Below, piece after piece: positions 28,781-38,288 of a DNA stretch of 64,000 nucleotides. Origin of the DNA: a virus; the IMG/VR virus record IMGVR_UViG_3300025405_000009, positions 64,001-128,000 of that record, one strand, 5' to 3'. The position numbers and the translations under genes were made by a program. Below the pieces are notes generated by a model. That model worked only from the letters and a program-made list of their open reading frames with translations, was not told the DNA's origin and ran no database searches. Each line of letters opens with the position of its first letter. Positions within the stretch are counted from its first letter, which is position 1.

Positions 28781-30034
28781 GTGAAATACGAATTAATCAT
28801 TGAAAATAATTTAAAGAAAACAGATCTCAAGCGTGTTCGTATTAAGGTAGATCCAAGTCTTGTACATCAGGCTGAAGATTTATCACAATGCAATGGCTAT
28901 GAAGGATATATCTTAGCAGAAACAGGTGATGTACCCAAAGTTCTTGTTATGAACCCTGATGGTGTATCGTCAGTTATGGATATACCGCAGCAATTCTTAC
29001 AGATGTTGATGTCTGATGAAGAGTCTGAGACTTTACGTGCGTTTAAAGAGTATATTTGTAATATATGTAGTATTGATACTTCCACTCCAGAAGCTGAATT
29101 ACTCTTAAATGCACCTGCTATTGAAGATGTCGAGTCTATTTTAAAAACTGTAGGTTTAACTGATGATGAGTTAAAAATTCTTTATAGAAATTTTATTTCT
29201 GACAATGATGGTACTGTAAATGAAGGTGTATTTACAAATTTACTTAATAAAGCTAAACAAGCAACTGCTGTAAAAATGATTGGTAAGCGTGTTGATGCAG
29301 CAAAAGCTAGCATAAAAGATCCAGGTGCTTGGTTAAGAGGTGCTGGTAAAATTGCTTCAGCTTATGGTGGTGCAAGAATTGGTGGAGCTTTACAGGGCCT
29401 AGGTCAAGAATATACAAATACCAAAAATAAAACAATACAGCAAGCATTTGACAATGCTAATCTCGATGTTAATAAATTTAGAAATTGGTTAATTAATCAA
29501 CCTACTGATCTACCTAAGAAAATATCACCAACCACCGTAACAGATACTGCGACAAAGCGTGAATTACTAAACTTTGGTCGAGGAGGTTATAAGAATTATG
29601 GTATTTCTGATCTTACAAGCTCATTACAAGGTCATAAAGTAGATATGAACAAATTTAATAGTGATTTAAACAATTATATTAAATCATACGCTGAAGAGCC
29701 GAAAGCAAAAACAGTAATTAAGCCTGATGTACCTGAAACACCTACATCAGCTCCAACTCCCACAATAACAACTGGGCCTACTGCAAGAACTCCTGAGGGA
29801 AGCCCCGTACCTGGTCAATCTCGTTTCACAACAGCCGACGGTAAACGTTCTTACCTATTTACTAAAAGCGGTTGGAGTGTATTGGATCCAGCAAATAAAG
29901 GTAAATTACTTACCGATCCTGCTATTCAAAAGAATGCAAACGCACAAAGTAAAAATATTACTGCGCAATGGCAAAAAACATTAAAGATTGTACCAAAACC
30001 TGCGTCAGTACCGACTCCAACACCAGTTAAGTAA
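28781..30034 (+). CDS. Hypothetical late protein, putative head-internal protein
   Basis: 417 aa; MKYELIIE-N leader, internal VNE-G site, Pro/Thr linkers. Confidence 0.75.
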   Translation: MKYELIIENNLKKTDLKRVRIKVDPSLVHQAEDLSQCNGYEGYILAETGDVPKVLVMNPDGVSSVMDIPQQFLQMLMSDEESETLRAFKEYICNICSIDTSTPEAELLLNAPAIEDVESILKTVGLTDDELKILYRNFISDNDGTVNEGVFTNLLNKAKQATAVKMIGKRVDAAKASIKDPGAWLRGAGKIASAYGGARIGGALQGLGQEYTNTKNKTIQQAFDNANLDVNKFRNWLINQPTDLPKKISPTTVTDTATKRELLNFGRGGYKNYGISDLTSSLQGHKVDMNKFNSDLNNYIKSYAEEPKAKTVIKPDVPETPTSAPTPTITTGPTARTPEGSPVPGQSRFTTADGKRSYLFTKSGWSVLDPANKGKLLTDPAIQKNANAQSKNITAQWQKTLKIVPKPASVPTPTPVK

Positions 30035-30041
30035 CTTTATT

Positions 30042-30221
30042 ATGCCATACAATATACGTAAAGTCAAGGGTGGATATAAAGTTTGTAAAAAAATCGGAAA
30101 TAAGAAGTGTATGCCTGGAAAATCAGTAACAAGAGCTAAAGCTAAGGCTCGCATTTATGCTGCTCATATGAATGAAAATTTTAATGATACTGTAAATCGT
30201 ATTTTAAAGACTTTAATTTAG
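30042..30221 (+). CDS. Small basic Cys-containing protein
   Basis: MPYNIRKVKGGYKVCKK...KCMPG...; TAAGTA upstream. Confidence 0.65.
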   Translation: MPYNIRKVKGGYKVCKKIGNKKCMPGKSVTRAKAKARIYAAHMNENFNDTVNRILKTLI

Positions 30222-30330
30222 AGAGTTGCTTTTTTTGTCTAGTGATTAAGTAATATAGAATATATAGAAAATACTGAGCATATCGAAGAAGAGGAGCCAA
30301 AGACAACTTCTATATTTTTTTCAATTTAAG

Positions 30331-30359
30331 TTGATTTACTAAAATATATCAGTTATAAT
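30331..30359 (+). promoter_or_regulatory. Sigma70-type promoter for queD
   Basis: TTGATT-N17-TATAAT, 8 nt before ATG. Confidence 0.7.
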
Positions 30360-30367
30360 AAAAATAT

Positions 30368-31102
30368 ATGAGTAATTATCAGTCAACTAAGCTTTTAGAG
30401 TTAGGTTCTTGTGCATTTAGACAATGGAGAGCTACATCACATTGTTCTAAGATTCACGGTTATCAATTACTTGCTAAATTTTATTTTGCTGCTTCATCAT
30501 TAGATGAAAAAAACTGGGTAGTAGATTTTGCTAGTCTTAAAACATTAAAATCTATTCTTCAACATCAATTTGATCATACATTATGTGTAGCTCAAGATGA
30601 TCCTTTATTAGAAACATTTCAATTGCTACATTCTCAAGGAGGTTGTGATCTTCGTATTATGGATTCTGTAGGTATTGAAAAAACTGCTGAGTTTTGTTTT
30701 AATGCTGCAACAAATTGGTTAAAAGAGAATTATGGTGAACGTTGTTGGGTAGAGAAAGTAGAAGTATTTGAGCATGAAGCTAATTCTGCCATTTATGTAA
30801 AACCAAATGTAATTACTCATTCATTTCAAATGCCAACATCATACGGTGGTGTAACACTTTTAAATGAAACAAAGGCAGTTAGTACAGTATCAACACCTGA
30901 TGTCTCAATTCCTGCAACAACTGTAACAGCTGAGATTCCTTCTACAACAGAAACAAATGTTCAGCCAACAGAAACACCAACTTCTATTGAAATTGCTCTA
31001 CTTCCTGATTTGCCTGCAGGACCAACAGGCGTAACTGTTGGTAGAGGTCAGGTAACCCAGGGATGGTCAAATCCATTTGGCGGTACAAGTTGGGGTGTCT
31101 AA
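30368..31102 (+). CDS. queD: 6-carboxytetrahydropterin synthase QueD with C-terminal extension
   Basis: HCSKIHGY, VVDF, FDHTL, VFEH; ~95 aa Thr/Pro-rich tail. Confidence 0.9.
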   Translation: MSNYQSTKLLELGSCAFRQWRATSHCSKIHGYQLLAKFYFAASSLDEKNWVVDFASLKTLKSILQHQFDHTLCVAQDDPLLETFQLLHSQGGCDLRIMDSVGIEKTAEFCFNAATNWLKENYGERCWVEKVEVFEHEANSAIYVKPNVITHSFQMPTSYGGVTLLNETKAVSTVSTPDVSIPATTVTAEIPSTTETNVQPTETPTSIEIALLPDLPAGPTGVTVGRGQVTQGWSNPFGGTSWGV

Positions 31103-31518
31103 TGAACGCCGAGCATATGCAACAAATTTACGGCGGTGAGATAGGTGATTATCTTATACCTGTAAAAATTTTAAATAAAGAAAATACTTCAAGTTTAAAC
31201 CCAGCTGGAGACATAACCAACATTTATACCTCTCAAGTTCAAAATAAAGGTTCTATTGATACGAGTAATCTATTAGTACCTAATATAAATCTTTCATCTC
31301 TAATTGATCAAAGACCACCCGATCCAATGCAGCAAATGCTTAATCAAACATTAACTAAAATTGCTCAAGAGGTAGGTTTAGAAGGTGAACTGAGCGTAAA
31401 TTTTAAAAAGACACCTGAGCTTGTATTACCAAAAGATCAAACACCTGATGATATTAAACAAGCTCAGGATAGTATTGCTGCTGCTTTAGCTGAGCTAAAG
31501 GCTATGGGTGCTGTTTAA
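31102..31518 (+). CDS. Hypothetical protein
   Basis: 138 aa, start overlaps queD stop (TAATG). Confidence 0.65.
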   Translation: MNAEHMQQIYGGEIGDYLIPVKILNKENTSSLNPAGDITNIYTSQVQNKGSIDTSNLLVPNINLSSLIDQRPPDPMQQMLNQTLTKIAQEVGLEGELSVNFKKTPELVLPKDQTPDDIKQAQDSIAAALAELKAMGAV

Positions 31519-32296
31519 CAGACATTGTTGTATACATAATGTCTTTAAAGACATGTGTAACATATCTACACAATGCAGAACGTACAATATGATCTTCCGT
31601 TAATTCCACACAATGTACACCATGTGTTTTAGCTTCTTCGGTATCAAAAGCTTTATATACAGCATTGAAACCTGATTTACCATACGGAAGATCCGATTGA
31701 TCAGGATCACCACATATAATCATTTTACTAAACTCACCCATACGAGTTAAAAGTGTTTGAAGTTCACGGGTTGTTAAATTTTGACTTTCATCACAACAAA
31801 TAAATTTTACAGCAAAGTGTAAACCACGTGCAAAGTTAATAGGACAGATTGTTATTCTATTATCTTTATGTAAACGATGAATTTGAGGTTGAATTATAAG
31901 CTCAGAAAATTTTTCATTAAAAGGTGTCATATAAACATTAACTTTTTCATTAATATCACCTGGAAGGTAACCAAGCTTTGAATCTGAACTTTCAACAGCT
32001 GAACGTACAAGTACAATATCTGATACTTTCTTCATATTAAGAAGCTGTAACCCAAGATACATAGAAAGAATTGTCTTAGATGTACCAGCAGGACCTTTAA
32101 GGATCATTAATTTTGTATCCTTATCTAAAAAAAGATTAATTATCTCTTTTTGCTTATCTGTCCAAGGGAGTTCTTTGACATTGAGAGTAAAATCAATTTT
32201 TTCTCTCTGAGCTACATATAGTGATGTGTCAGCTGGTTTTTCAACCGAACTAGCACCCGATGGTGGGGCTGTTTTCACAGCCTTCTTCTTTTTCAT
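31502..32296 (-). CDS. phoH: PhoH-family ATPase
   Basis: GPAGTSKT, LGYLPG, FARG, DESQN, MIICGDPDQSD. Confidence 0.92.
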   Translation of the reverse strand: MKKKKAVKTAPPSGASSVEKPADTSLYVAQREKIDFTLNVKELPWTDKQKEIINLFLDKDTKLMILKGPAGTSKTILSMYLGLQLLNMKKVSDIVLVRSAVESSDSKLGYLPGDINEKVNVYMTPFNEKFSELIIQPQIHRLHKDNRITICPINFARGLHFAVKFICCDESQNLTTRELQTLLTRMGEFSKMIICGDPDQSDLPYGKSGFNAVYKAFDTEEAKTHGVHCVELTEDHIVRSALCRYVTHVFKDIMYTTMSVKQHP

Positions 32297-32361
32297 CTAC
32301 AAATATTTAATCAATTTGAGCCTTGATTTACGTAGGTAAAGCAGTTAATATTATACTCAAT

Positions 32362-33141
32362 ATGATTGATATTAATACAGAGACATTATTTTTGTCTGAC
32401 GATAAAGTGTTCTATACCATTGAAGGAGAAGGAGAATATGTAGGTGTTCCTTCTGTGTTTATGCGTATGTCAATGTGTAATTTAACGTGCATTGGTTTTG
32501 CTTCTGAGGATTCACCGAATGGATGTGATTCATTTATTTCTTGGTCGGTAAAAAATAAAATGAAATTTGTCGAAATTTTCCAACTTATGGAAGATAATAA
32601 TTATATTGAACATCTTCGTAATAGAGCTATTTTAAAACTTACAGGTGGTGAACCAATTATTCAGGAAAAGCAATTGCTTAAATTTATTGCAGCGTTTCAA
32701 GAACGATATAATTTTATTCCACGTATTGATTTTGAAACAAATGCTACAATTATGCCTGATAATAAATGGCTTTCACCTTGTGATCATGTTGATGGATTAT
32801 ACAGTGCAACCTTTACTACATCTCCTAAACTTCGTTCAAATGGAGATCCAGAAGATAAAACATATAAACCTGAGGTTCTTAAATGGCATGTAAGAAATAA
32901 ATCTGGATTTAAGTTCGTTATTAATAAAGCAGAAGACATTAATGAAATTTGGGAAAAGTATGTAGATGATAATCGTGGTATTAATGTGACTAGAAATCGT
33001 ATTTGGTTTATGCCTTGTTGTGGTTCACGTGAAGAGCATGTTGAAAACGCTCCTGCAGTAGCTGAATATGCTAAAGCTATGCACGTTAACTTTAGTCCAC
33101 GGTTACAACTTTTGATTTGGAATAAAGCCTTGAAAGTTTAG
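32362..33141 (+). CDS. queE: 7-carboxy-7-deazaguanine synthase QueE (radical SAM)
   Basis: FYTIEGEG...GVPSVFMR, CNLTC-X11-CDS, LTGGEP, FETN, SPKL, SPRLQ. Confidence 0.9.
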   Translation: MIDINTETLFLSDDKVFYTIEGEGEYVGVPSVFMRMSMCNLTCIGFASEDSPNGCDSFISWSVKNKMKFVEIFQLMEDNNYIEHLRNRAILKLTGGEPIIQEKQLLKFIAAFQERYNFIPRIDFETNATIMPDNKWLSPCDHVDGLYSATFTTSPKLRSNGDPEDKTYKPEVLKWHVRNKSGFKFVINKAEDINEIWEKYVDDNRGINVTRNRIWFMPCCGSREEHVENAPAVAEYAKAMHVNFSPRLQLLIWNKALKV

Positions 33142-33165
33142 TATAACGATACTAAATAGTACAAC

Positions 33166-33909
33166 ATGAGAATTGCAATTGTAGGATCCGCTTGTCAAGG
33201 TAAAACAACTCTTGTCAATGATATTATTAAAACTTGGCCTGCTTACAAAGCTCATGAGTCTGGATATAGAAAAACTGTAAAAGAAAACAATCTTTTAATT
33301 AATAAAGAAACAAATAAAATTACACAAGAAACTATTTTAAAATGTCTCGTTGATGATTTAAAAAATTATTCACCAGGTGATAAAGTTTTATTTGATCGCT
33401 GTCCATTAGATAATATTGTTTACTCTCTTTGGGCTGAGGAAAAGAGTACTTCAGATATTACGGGAGAATTTATTAAAGAATGTATTCCTCTTGTTCAAGA
33501 GAGTATGCATAACATAGATATTATTTTTTATTTACCAATTACAAAAGCAGCTCCAGTTATTCCTATTCCAAGGGAAAATCGAGAAGTAGATTATAATTTT
33601 ATTGCTGAAATTGATAATATTTTTAAGGCTATATCACATCAATATTATAGAACTGGAGCTTCTCCATTCTTCCCTAAAGAAGATAGACCGCCAATTATTG
33701 AAATTTTTGGTACACCTGAAGAGCGTATTGAGATGATTAGACTTTATCTTGATGATAGTGGTGATTTAGTTAATGATGAAAATAGTGTTTTAAATACAGA
33801 AAATTTAGATCTTATTGAAAAATTGTTAGCAGATCATAAAGAAATTAAAATTGAAGATGAAGAGTGGGAGAAATTTAAAGGTAATATAATTGTTCCGCCG
33901 CCTAAATAA
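33166..33909 (+). CDS. P-loop kinase/ATPase (dNMP kinase-like, AAA_28-type)
   Basis: IAIVGSACQGKTTL, LFDRCPLD, DIIFYLP. Confidence 0.75.
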   Translation: MRIAIVGSACQGKTTLVNDIIKTWPAYKAHESGYRKTVKENNLLINKETNKITQETILKCLVDDLKNYSPGDKVLFDRCPLDNIVYSLWAEEKSTSDITGEFIKECIPLVQESMHNIDIIFYLPITKAAPVIPIPRENREVDYNFIAEIDNIFKAISHQYYRTGASPFFPKEDRPPIIEIFGTPEERIEMIRLYLDDSGDLVNDENSVLNTENLDLIEKLLADHKEIKIEDEEWEKFKGNIIVPPPK

Positions 33910-33913
33910 TGGT

Positions 33914-34150
33914 GTGGATAGTTTTAATAAACAATTTAAATTAATTTTAGAAGATTTGGAAATGCCAAATCGTATTGATGTACGTAAGCGTATTTTTTAT
34001 CCAAAAAAACTTAGAGGTATGCTTTCAAAAGAATTTATTGAATGCTTTAAAGCTGAACGCAAACGCCTTATTGAAGATAATGGAATGAGCGCTAAACAAG
34101 TTAATCAAGGAATAGCTAAAGCGCTATTATTTTTCCATTCACGTTTTTAA
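33914..34150 (+). CDS. Small hypothetical late protein with CTS-like leader
   Basis: GTG start after TAAATA; MDSFNKQFKLILE-D. Confidence 0.6.
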   Translation: MDSFNKQFKLILEDLEMPNRIDVRKRIFYPKKLRGMLSKEFIECFKAERKRLIEDNGMSAKQVNQGIAKALLFFHSRF

Positions 34151-35089
34151 TTACGCAATAACAGTTAAAGGTATAACTATATTTAAAATCCAATATACTG
34201 TAACATCTACAGATTGAGATACTCCAATATTAACTTCAAAAGTTAATCCATCATTTATACCTGAAGAGCTTGTGTATGTTCTAATTGTATTAGGTGTAAT
34301 TATTGGAGTAACATTATATGGTATATTAACTGTACCAGTTATAGTGCTACTATTAACTAAATTATTAAAATCAGATCCTGTCAATACATTAAGAATAGAA
34401 CTATTACTCCCCGGTTCAAAACCACCAGATAAATATGCAAGTTGGGATAATGCCGATAGTGCTGAAAGAGTGCTAGGAGATAATATTGATGTTATTAAAA
34501 CACTACTTAAAGTAGGTACAAAATCAGAAGTTAAACTTATATGAGCCGGAGTAATTTGTCCATTGGCATAACTCTGCGGCGGTGATTTAAAGAATGAATC
34601 AACAAAAATTTCAGCCGTTGTACTACCAGCCGGTATAAGAATATTTCCATACCCTTGTATTACAGTTGAAACACCATAACCTTTTAAGATACTACTAACA
34701 TAAAGTGGTATATCCTGACTATAGAGCTGTAAATAAGTAGGATCTTGTTGTACATTAGAAGTAGCGCTTAGAATAAGACCATTTTGTATTGAAAATTGAT
34801 TATAAAATCCAGTCGGTAAAGTAGTACCGGGACCGGCTGGAGTTGTAAAGTTACCTGCAGTAATAGAATTAACTAACAATGTATTCAAAATAGAACTCTT
34901 ACCGGATAAAACACCAGTTACAGTAGCATTTCCAGATACATCAGTTTTTACAACATTAAAATTATCGAATGTAATAGTCTGAGTACCGTTTGTAGTTTGT
35001 AAAACTAACAAATCAGAACCTACAGCAAGTTGTGATTTAGGGAGATTTACAATATTAACTGTATTACTATTGGTAGGTGTAATTGCCAT
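34151..35089 (-). CDS. Ser/Thr-rich virion structural protein (tail/fibre-like)
   Basis: ATAAATA 6 nt upstream; beta-rich S/T/N/G composition. Confidence 0.6.
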   Translation of the reverse strand: MAITPTNSNTVNIVNLPKSQLAVGSDLLVLQTTNGTQTITFDNFNVVKTDVSGNATVTGVLSGKSSILNTLLVNSITAGNFTTPAGPGTTLPTGFYNQFSIQNGLILSATSNVQQDPTYLQLYSQDIPLYVSSILKGYGVSTVIQGYGNILIPAGSTTAEIFVDSFFKSPPQSYANGQITPAHISLTSDFVPTLSSVLITSILSPSTLSALSALSQLAYLSGGFEPGSNSSILNVLTGSDFNNLVNSSTITGTVNIPYNVTPIITPNTIRTYTSSSGINDGLTFEVNIGVSQSVDVTVYWILNIVIPLTVIA

Positions 35090-35124
35090 TTAAAATATTT
35101 ATGTTAAAATACATAATTACAACT

Positions 35125-35994
35125 ATGGATGCTAAAATTGGAGTAGGAATAATTACCTGTAATAGACCTCAGTATTTAAAAGGTCTTTTAGATTCTATTC
35201 CTCAAGACAGTAATATCAGTGAATTAATTGTTATTAATGATGGTACACCGTTAAGTGAGGATCTTCCATATGTTGGTAAGGATTATGATTTTAGCCATGT
35301 AGCTTGGATTCAAAATAAAGAAAATCTTGGTGTTGGTAAATCAAAAAACAAAGCTTTAAAATATCTTTTTAATAAAGGCTGTGATTATCTCTTTCTTATA
35401 GAGGACGATATGATTATCCTTGATCCTACAGTGTTTAAACAGTATATTGATGCATATAAAGTATCTGGTATTCAGCATTTTAATTATGGTCCCGGATCAC
35501 CTTTTAACCGTAAACAAACTATTAAAAACTTTGATTTACATAACCGTCATCTATTGAATCAAGATACAGAACCAAATCCAAAGCTTATACTAGATTATAA
35601 GACTTGTAAAATTGCATTATATGAGCATACTGTTGCTATGTTTTCTTTTTTTACAAGAGAGGTTATAGAAAAAGTAGGTTATATTGATGAACAATTTTAT
35701 AATGCTTGGGAACATGTAGATCATACATATTGTATTATTAAAGCAGGTTATCATCCTCCATTTTGGTGGTTTGCTGATTTAGCTAACAGTCATGAATTAC
35801 TTACAGAGGCCCCAGGTGCTATTGATAATTCATCTATTGCAAATAAATCTGAACAGTGGGAGAAAAATGTTTATGGAGGTAGAGAATTATACCTTAAAAA
35901 ACATGGTCACTATCCAAATCAACCACCTTATATTAGTGAAACACAAGTAATAGAAACAGTAAAACAAATAAAAAATGATATTAGAAGAAAATAA
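35125..35994 (+). CDS. Glycosyltransferase family 2
   Basis: GIITCNRP, VINDG, NLGVGKSKN, LIEDD, WEHVD. Confidence 0.88.
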   Translation: MDAKIGVGIITCNRPQYLKGLLDSIPQDSNISELIVINDGTPLSEDLPYVGKDYDFSHVAWIQNKENLGVGKSKNKALKYLFNKGCDYLFLIEDDMIILDPTVFKQYIDAYKVSGIQHFNYGPGSPFNRKQTIKNFDLHNRHLLNQDTEPNPKLILDYKTCKIALYEHTVAMFSFFTREVIEKVGYIDEQFYNAWEHVDHTYCIIKAGYHPPFWWFADLANSHELLTEAPGAIDNSSIANKSEQWEKNVYGGRELYLKKHGHYPNQPPYISETQVIETVKQIKNDIRRK

Positions 35995-36562
35995 ACTCGA
36001 TAGTCAAGACGTAAGAGAGTTTGAAGAACTCTTAAAAGAATACGTTAAGATAAACCCATCAAAAATAATAGAAATCGGCTCCATGTATGGTTGGTCATTG
36101 CAGCATTTTATACACTACGGAGCTGATGAGTCTACCGTACTAGCAATTGATCTGCCTGTTAGAATGTTTGTTGGTCCTACAGATTGGAGAGTAGCTATAC
36201 AGGAAGATAATTATAAAAATGTTTGGCCTAAATGGGCAAAAGCTAAAAAGAGTAAACTTTATTTAATTCCTGATGCTTCTCAAAAAGATTCTACAGTTAA
36301 GCAAACTAAAGAAATTTTTAATAATGAACAAATTGATTTTTTATTCATTGATGGTGATCATCGCTATGAAGCCATTAAACAGGACTTTATTTTATACTCA
36401 CCTTTAGTCCGTAAAGGGGGTATTGTAGCATTTCATGATATTGGTGAACGTGAAGAAGGTGGAGGTGCTAAATTTTGGAAAGAAATAAAAAATAATTATA
36501 CACATAAAGAAATTTTAATAAATGAAAAAAAAGAAAAAGGTATAGGAGTGTTATATGTTTAA
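35975..36562 (+). CDS. Class I SAM-dependent methyltransferase (Methyltransf_24-like)
   Basis: IIEIGSMYG, FLFIDGDH.YE, GGIVAFHD. Confidence 0.88.
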   Translation: MILEENKLDSQDVREFEELLKEYVKINPSKIIEIGSMYGWSLQHFIHYGADESTVLAIDLPVRMFVGPTDWRVAIQEDNYKNVWPKWAKAKKSKLYLIPDASQKDSTVKQTKEIFNNEQIDFLFIDGDHRYEAIKQDFILYSPLVRKGGIVAFHDIGEREEGGGAKFWKEIKNNYTHKEILINEKKEKGIGVLYV

Positions 36563-37379
36563 AAAAATTGCTGTAGGTACAAATTTATTTGGTAGCAATA
36601 AAGCACAAGATTTAGCATCTGAAAGTTTAATCAAATGTAAAGCTAAATTTCCAGATAATATAGATCTGTTTAATATTCAGTTTGAAAATGGTAAAGATCT
36701 TACCGAGCATCCTGATTTTAAAACATTACGTTGTTTAAAACGAACAAGTAAGGCAGTTTGTAACGGTAAGCGTGAATTGCCTATTGTGCGCGATATGTTT
36801 GATGAATTAGCAAATCTTGGATATGATTATTTTTGTTTTGTTAATTCTGATATAATTGTTACACCTAAATTTTTTACGGAAATATTTGATAATGATCACA
36901 CCGCATACATCGGTTCAAGATTAGCTATAGAAGGTGAAATTAATGATTTAAATTTTTCAATTAAACTTAATGATCCAACATCATCGCCTGTTAGAAATAG
37001 TCATTATCAAGTTTCAGGATTTGATACATTTACAATTAATACAGAATGGTGGAATAAAAACCGTGAATTGTTTCCAGAATACGTATATGCAGTTGTGTAT
37101 TGGGATACACATTACGCTACAATTTTGCTTAAAAATACTGATACTTTTATGCAAAATAAAACACCTACCTTGTTTCATATTATACATGAAGATAGATCTT
37201 CAGCACCTGGAGTTGAATTTACTTATAATCAAAGCACATTTGCAGAAAAACATACAAAAGACTTTAATGATTGGCACCAATACTTTTTTAGTGTTTTAGT
37301 AAAAAGAGGGGAACATAATAACTTTTTATATCCTGCTATAAACGAAGTTGCATTACAAAAGATATATTTTAAACTCTAA
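36555..37379 (+). CDS. Putative GT-A fold glycosyltransferase
   Basis: LP...DMF, YFCFVNSDI, GFDTF; glycosylation cluster context. Confidence 0.55.
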   Translation: MFKKIAVGTNLFGSNKAQDLASESLIKCKAKFPDNIDLFNIQFENGKDLTEHPDFKTLRCLKRTSKAVCNGKRELPIVRDMFDELANLGYDYFCFVNSDIIVTPKFFTEIFDNDHTAYIGSRLAIEGEINDLNFSIKLNDPTSSPVRNSHYQVSGFDTFTINTEWWNKNRELFPEYVYAVVYWDTHYATILLKNTDTFMQNKTPTLFHIIHEDRSSAPGVEFTYNQSTFAEKHTKDFNDWHQYFFSVLVKRGEHNNFLYPAINEVALQKIYFKL

Positions 37380-37382
37380 AAC

Positions 37383-38252
37383 ATGATTGTACAAACAACA
37401 ATGACAAAGAATGAATGTTTCCTTTTAAAGGAAATGTTACCTATCTGGACAAAATATGCTGATGGATTTGTATTTTATGATGATGGATCAGAAGACGATA
37501 CATTAGAATTTTTAACAGCAAATAAAGAAAAATACAATATATTACATATTTTTTCTAAAAATACAAGACATAATGTTGAAGAAGAACTTTGGATGGAGAC
37601 AGATAATAGACAAATAATCTTTGATAAAGCATACGAATATACAGGTAATATTACATGTTTAGATTCTGATGAATATTTTGATGGTCGTTGGACAAAAGAT
37701 CAGCTTGAATTATTTCTTGAGCAAAATAAAAACAATCTTTATTATCTACACTGGGCTCAATATACCGGTAAAAATGAACTTCGTGTAGATACAATGTGGA
37801 GATCAAATTTTACCGATCGTATTGGAAGTTATTCAGAAAAAACACAACACAAAAAAACTCAAATGCATTCGCTACATTTGCCAAATCCCGGTAATATTAA
37901 TAGCATTGATCCAAATAATTTATTTATAGCACATCTTCAGTGGATGGATAAACGTGCAGTTGGTGTAAAGCAATATTATTGGAAAGTTTTAAATTATGTT
38001 GATCATAAATTACACGGAGTAGAAGTATGCGGTAAAGAGGCATACGATAATTCTGTTAACAATTTTGCATGGGAATATAGTTATTTTCCATACGATCTTA
38101 AAGTACGTTTAGATGTTTTTAGTTCACAAGATATGAAACAAAATTTAAAACTTAAGACAATTGTTGAATATACAAATAAATATGATGTACCTAATTTAGG
38201 TGATTGGAATATGGGCATTTATGATTATGCTAAAAAACAAAATTTACGTTGA
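37383..38252 (+). CDS. Glycosyltransferase family 2-like
   Basis: MTKNE, YDDGSEDDT, CLDSDE. Confidence 0.75.
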   Translation: MIVQTTMTKNECFLLKEMLPIWTKYADGFVFYDDGSEDDTLEFLTANKEKYNILHIFSKNTRHNVEEELWMETDNRQIIFDKAYEYTGNITCLDSDEYFDGRWTKDQLELFLEQNKNNLYYLHWAQYTGKNELRVDTMWRSNFTDRIGSYSEKTQHKKTQMHSLHLPNPGNINSIDPNNLFIAHLQWMDKRAVGVKQYYWKVLNYVDHKLHGVEVCGKEAYDNSVNNFAWEYSYFPYDLKVRLDVFSSQDMKQNLKLKTIVEYTNKYDVPNLGDWNMGIYDYAKKQNLR

Positions 38253-38277
38253 GTTTATATAGCTATTACATTATAAT
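38249..38277 (+). promoter_or_regulatory. Sigma70-type promoter for rfbH block
   Basis: TTGAGT-N17-TATAAT. Confidence 0.65.
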
Positions 38278-38288
38278 AATTTTATTAT

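Noticed and set aside
30255-30329. Acidic 24-codon frame IEYIENTEHIEEEEPKTTSIFFSI upstream of queD
   Set aside because: No ATG/GTG/TTG start, and the TAAGTA box is only 2 nt away; insufficient support.
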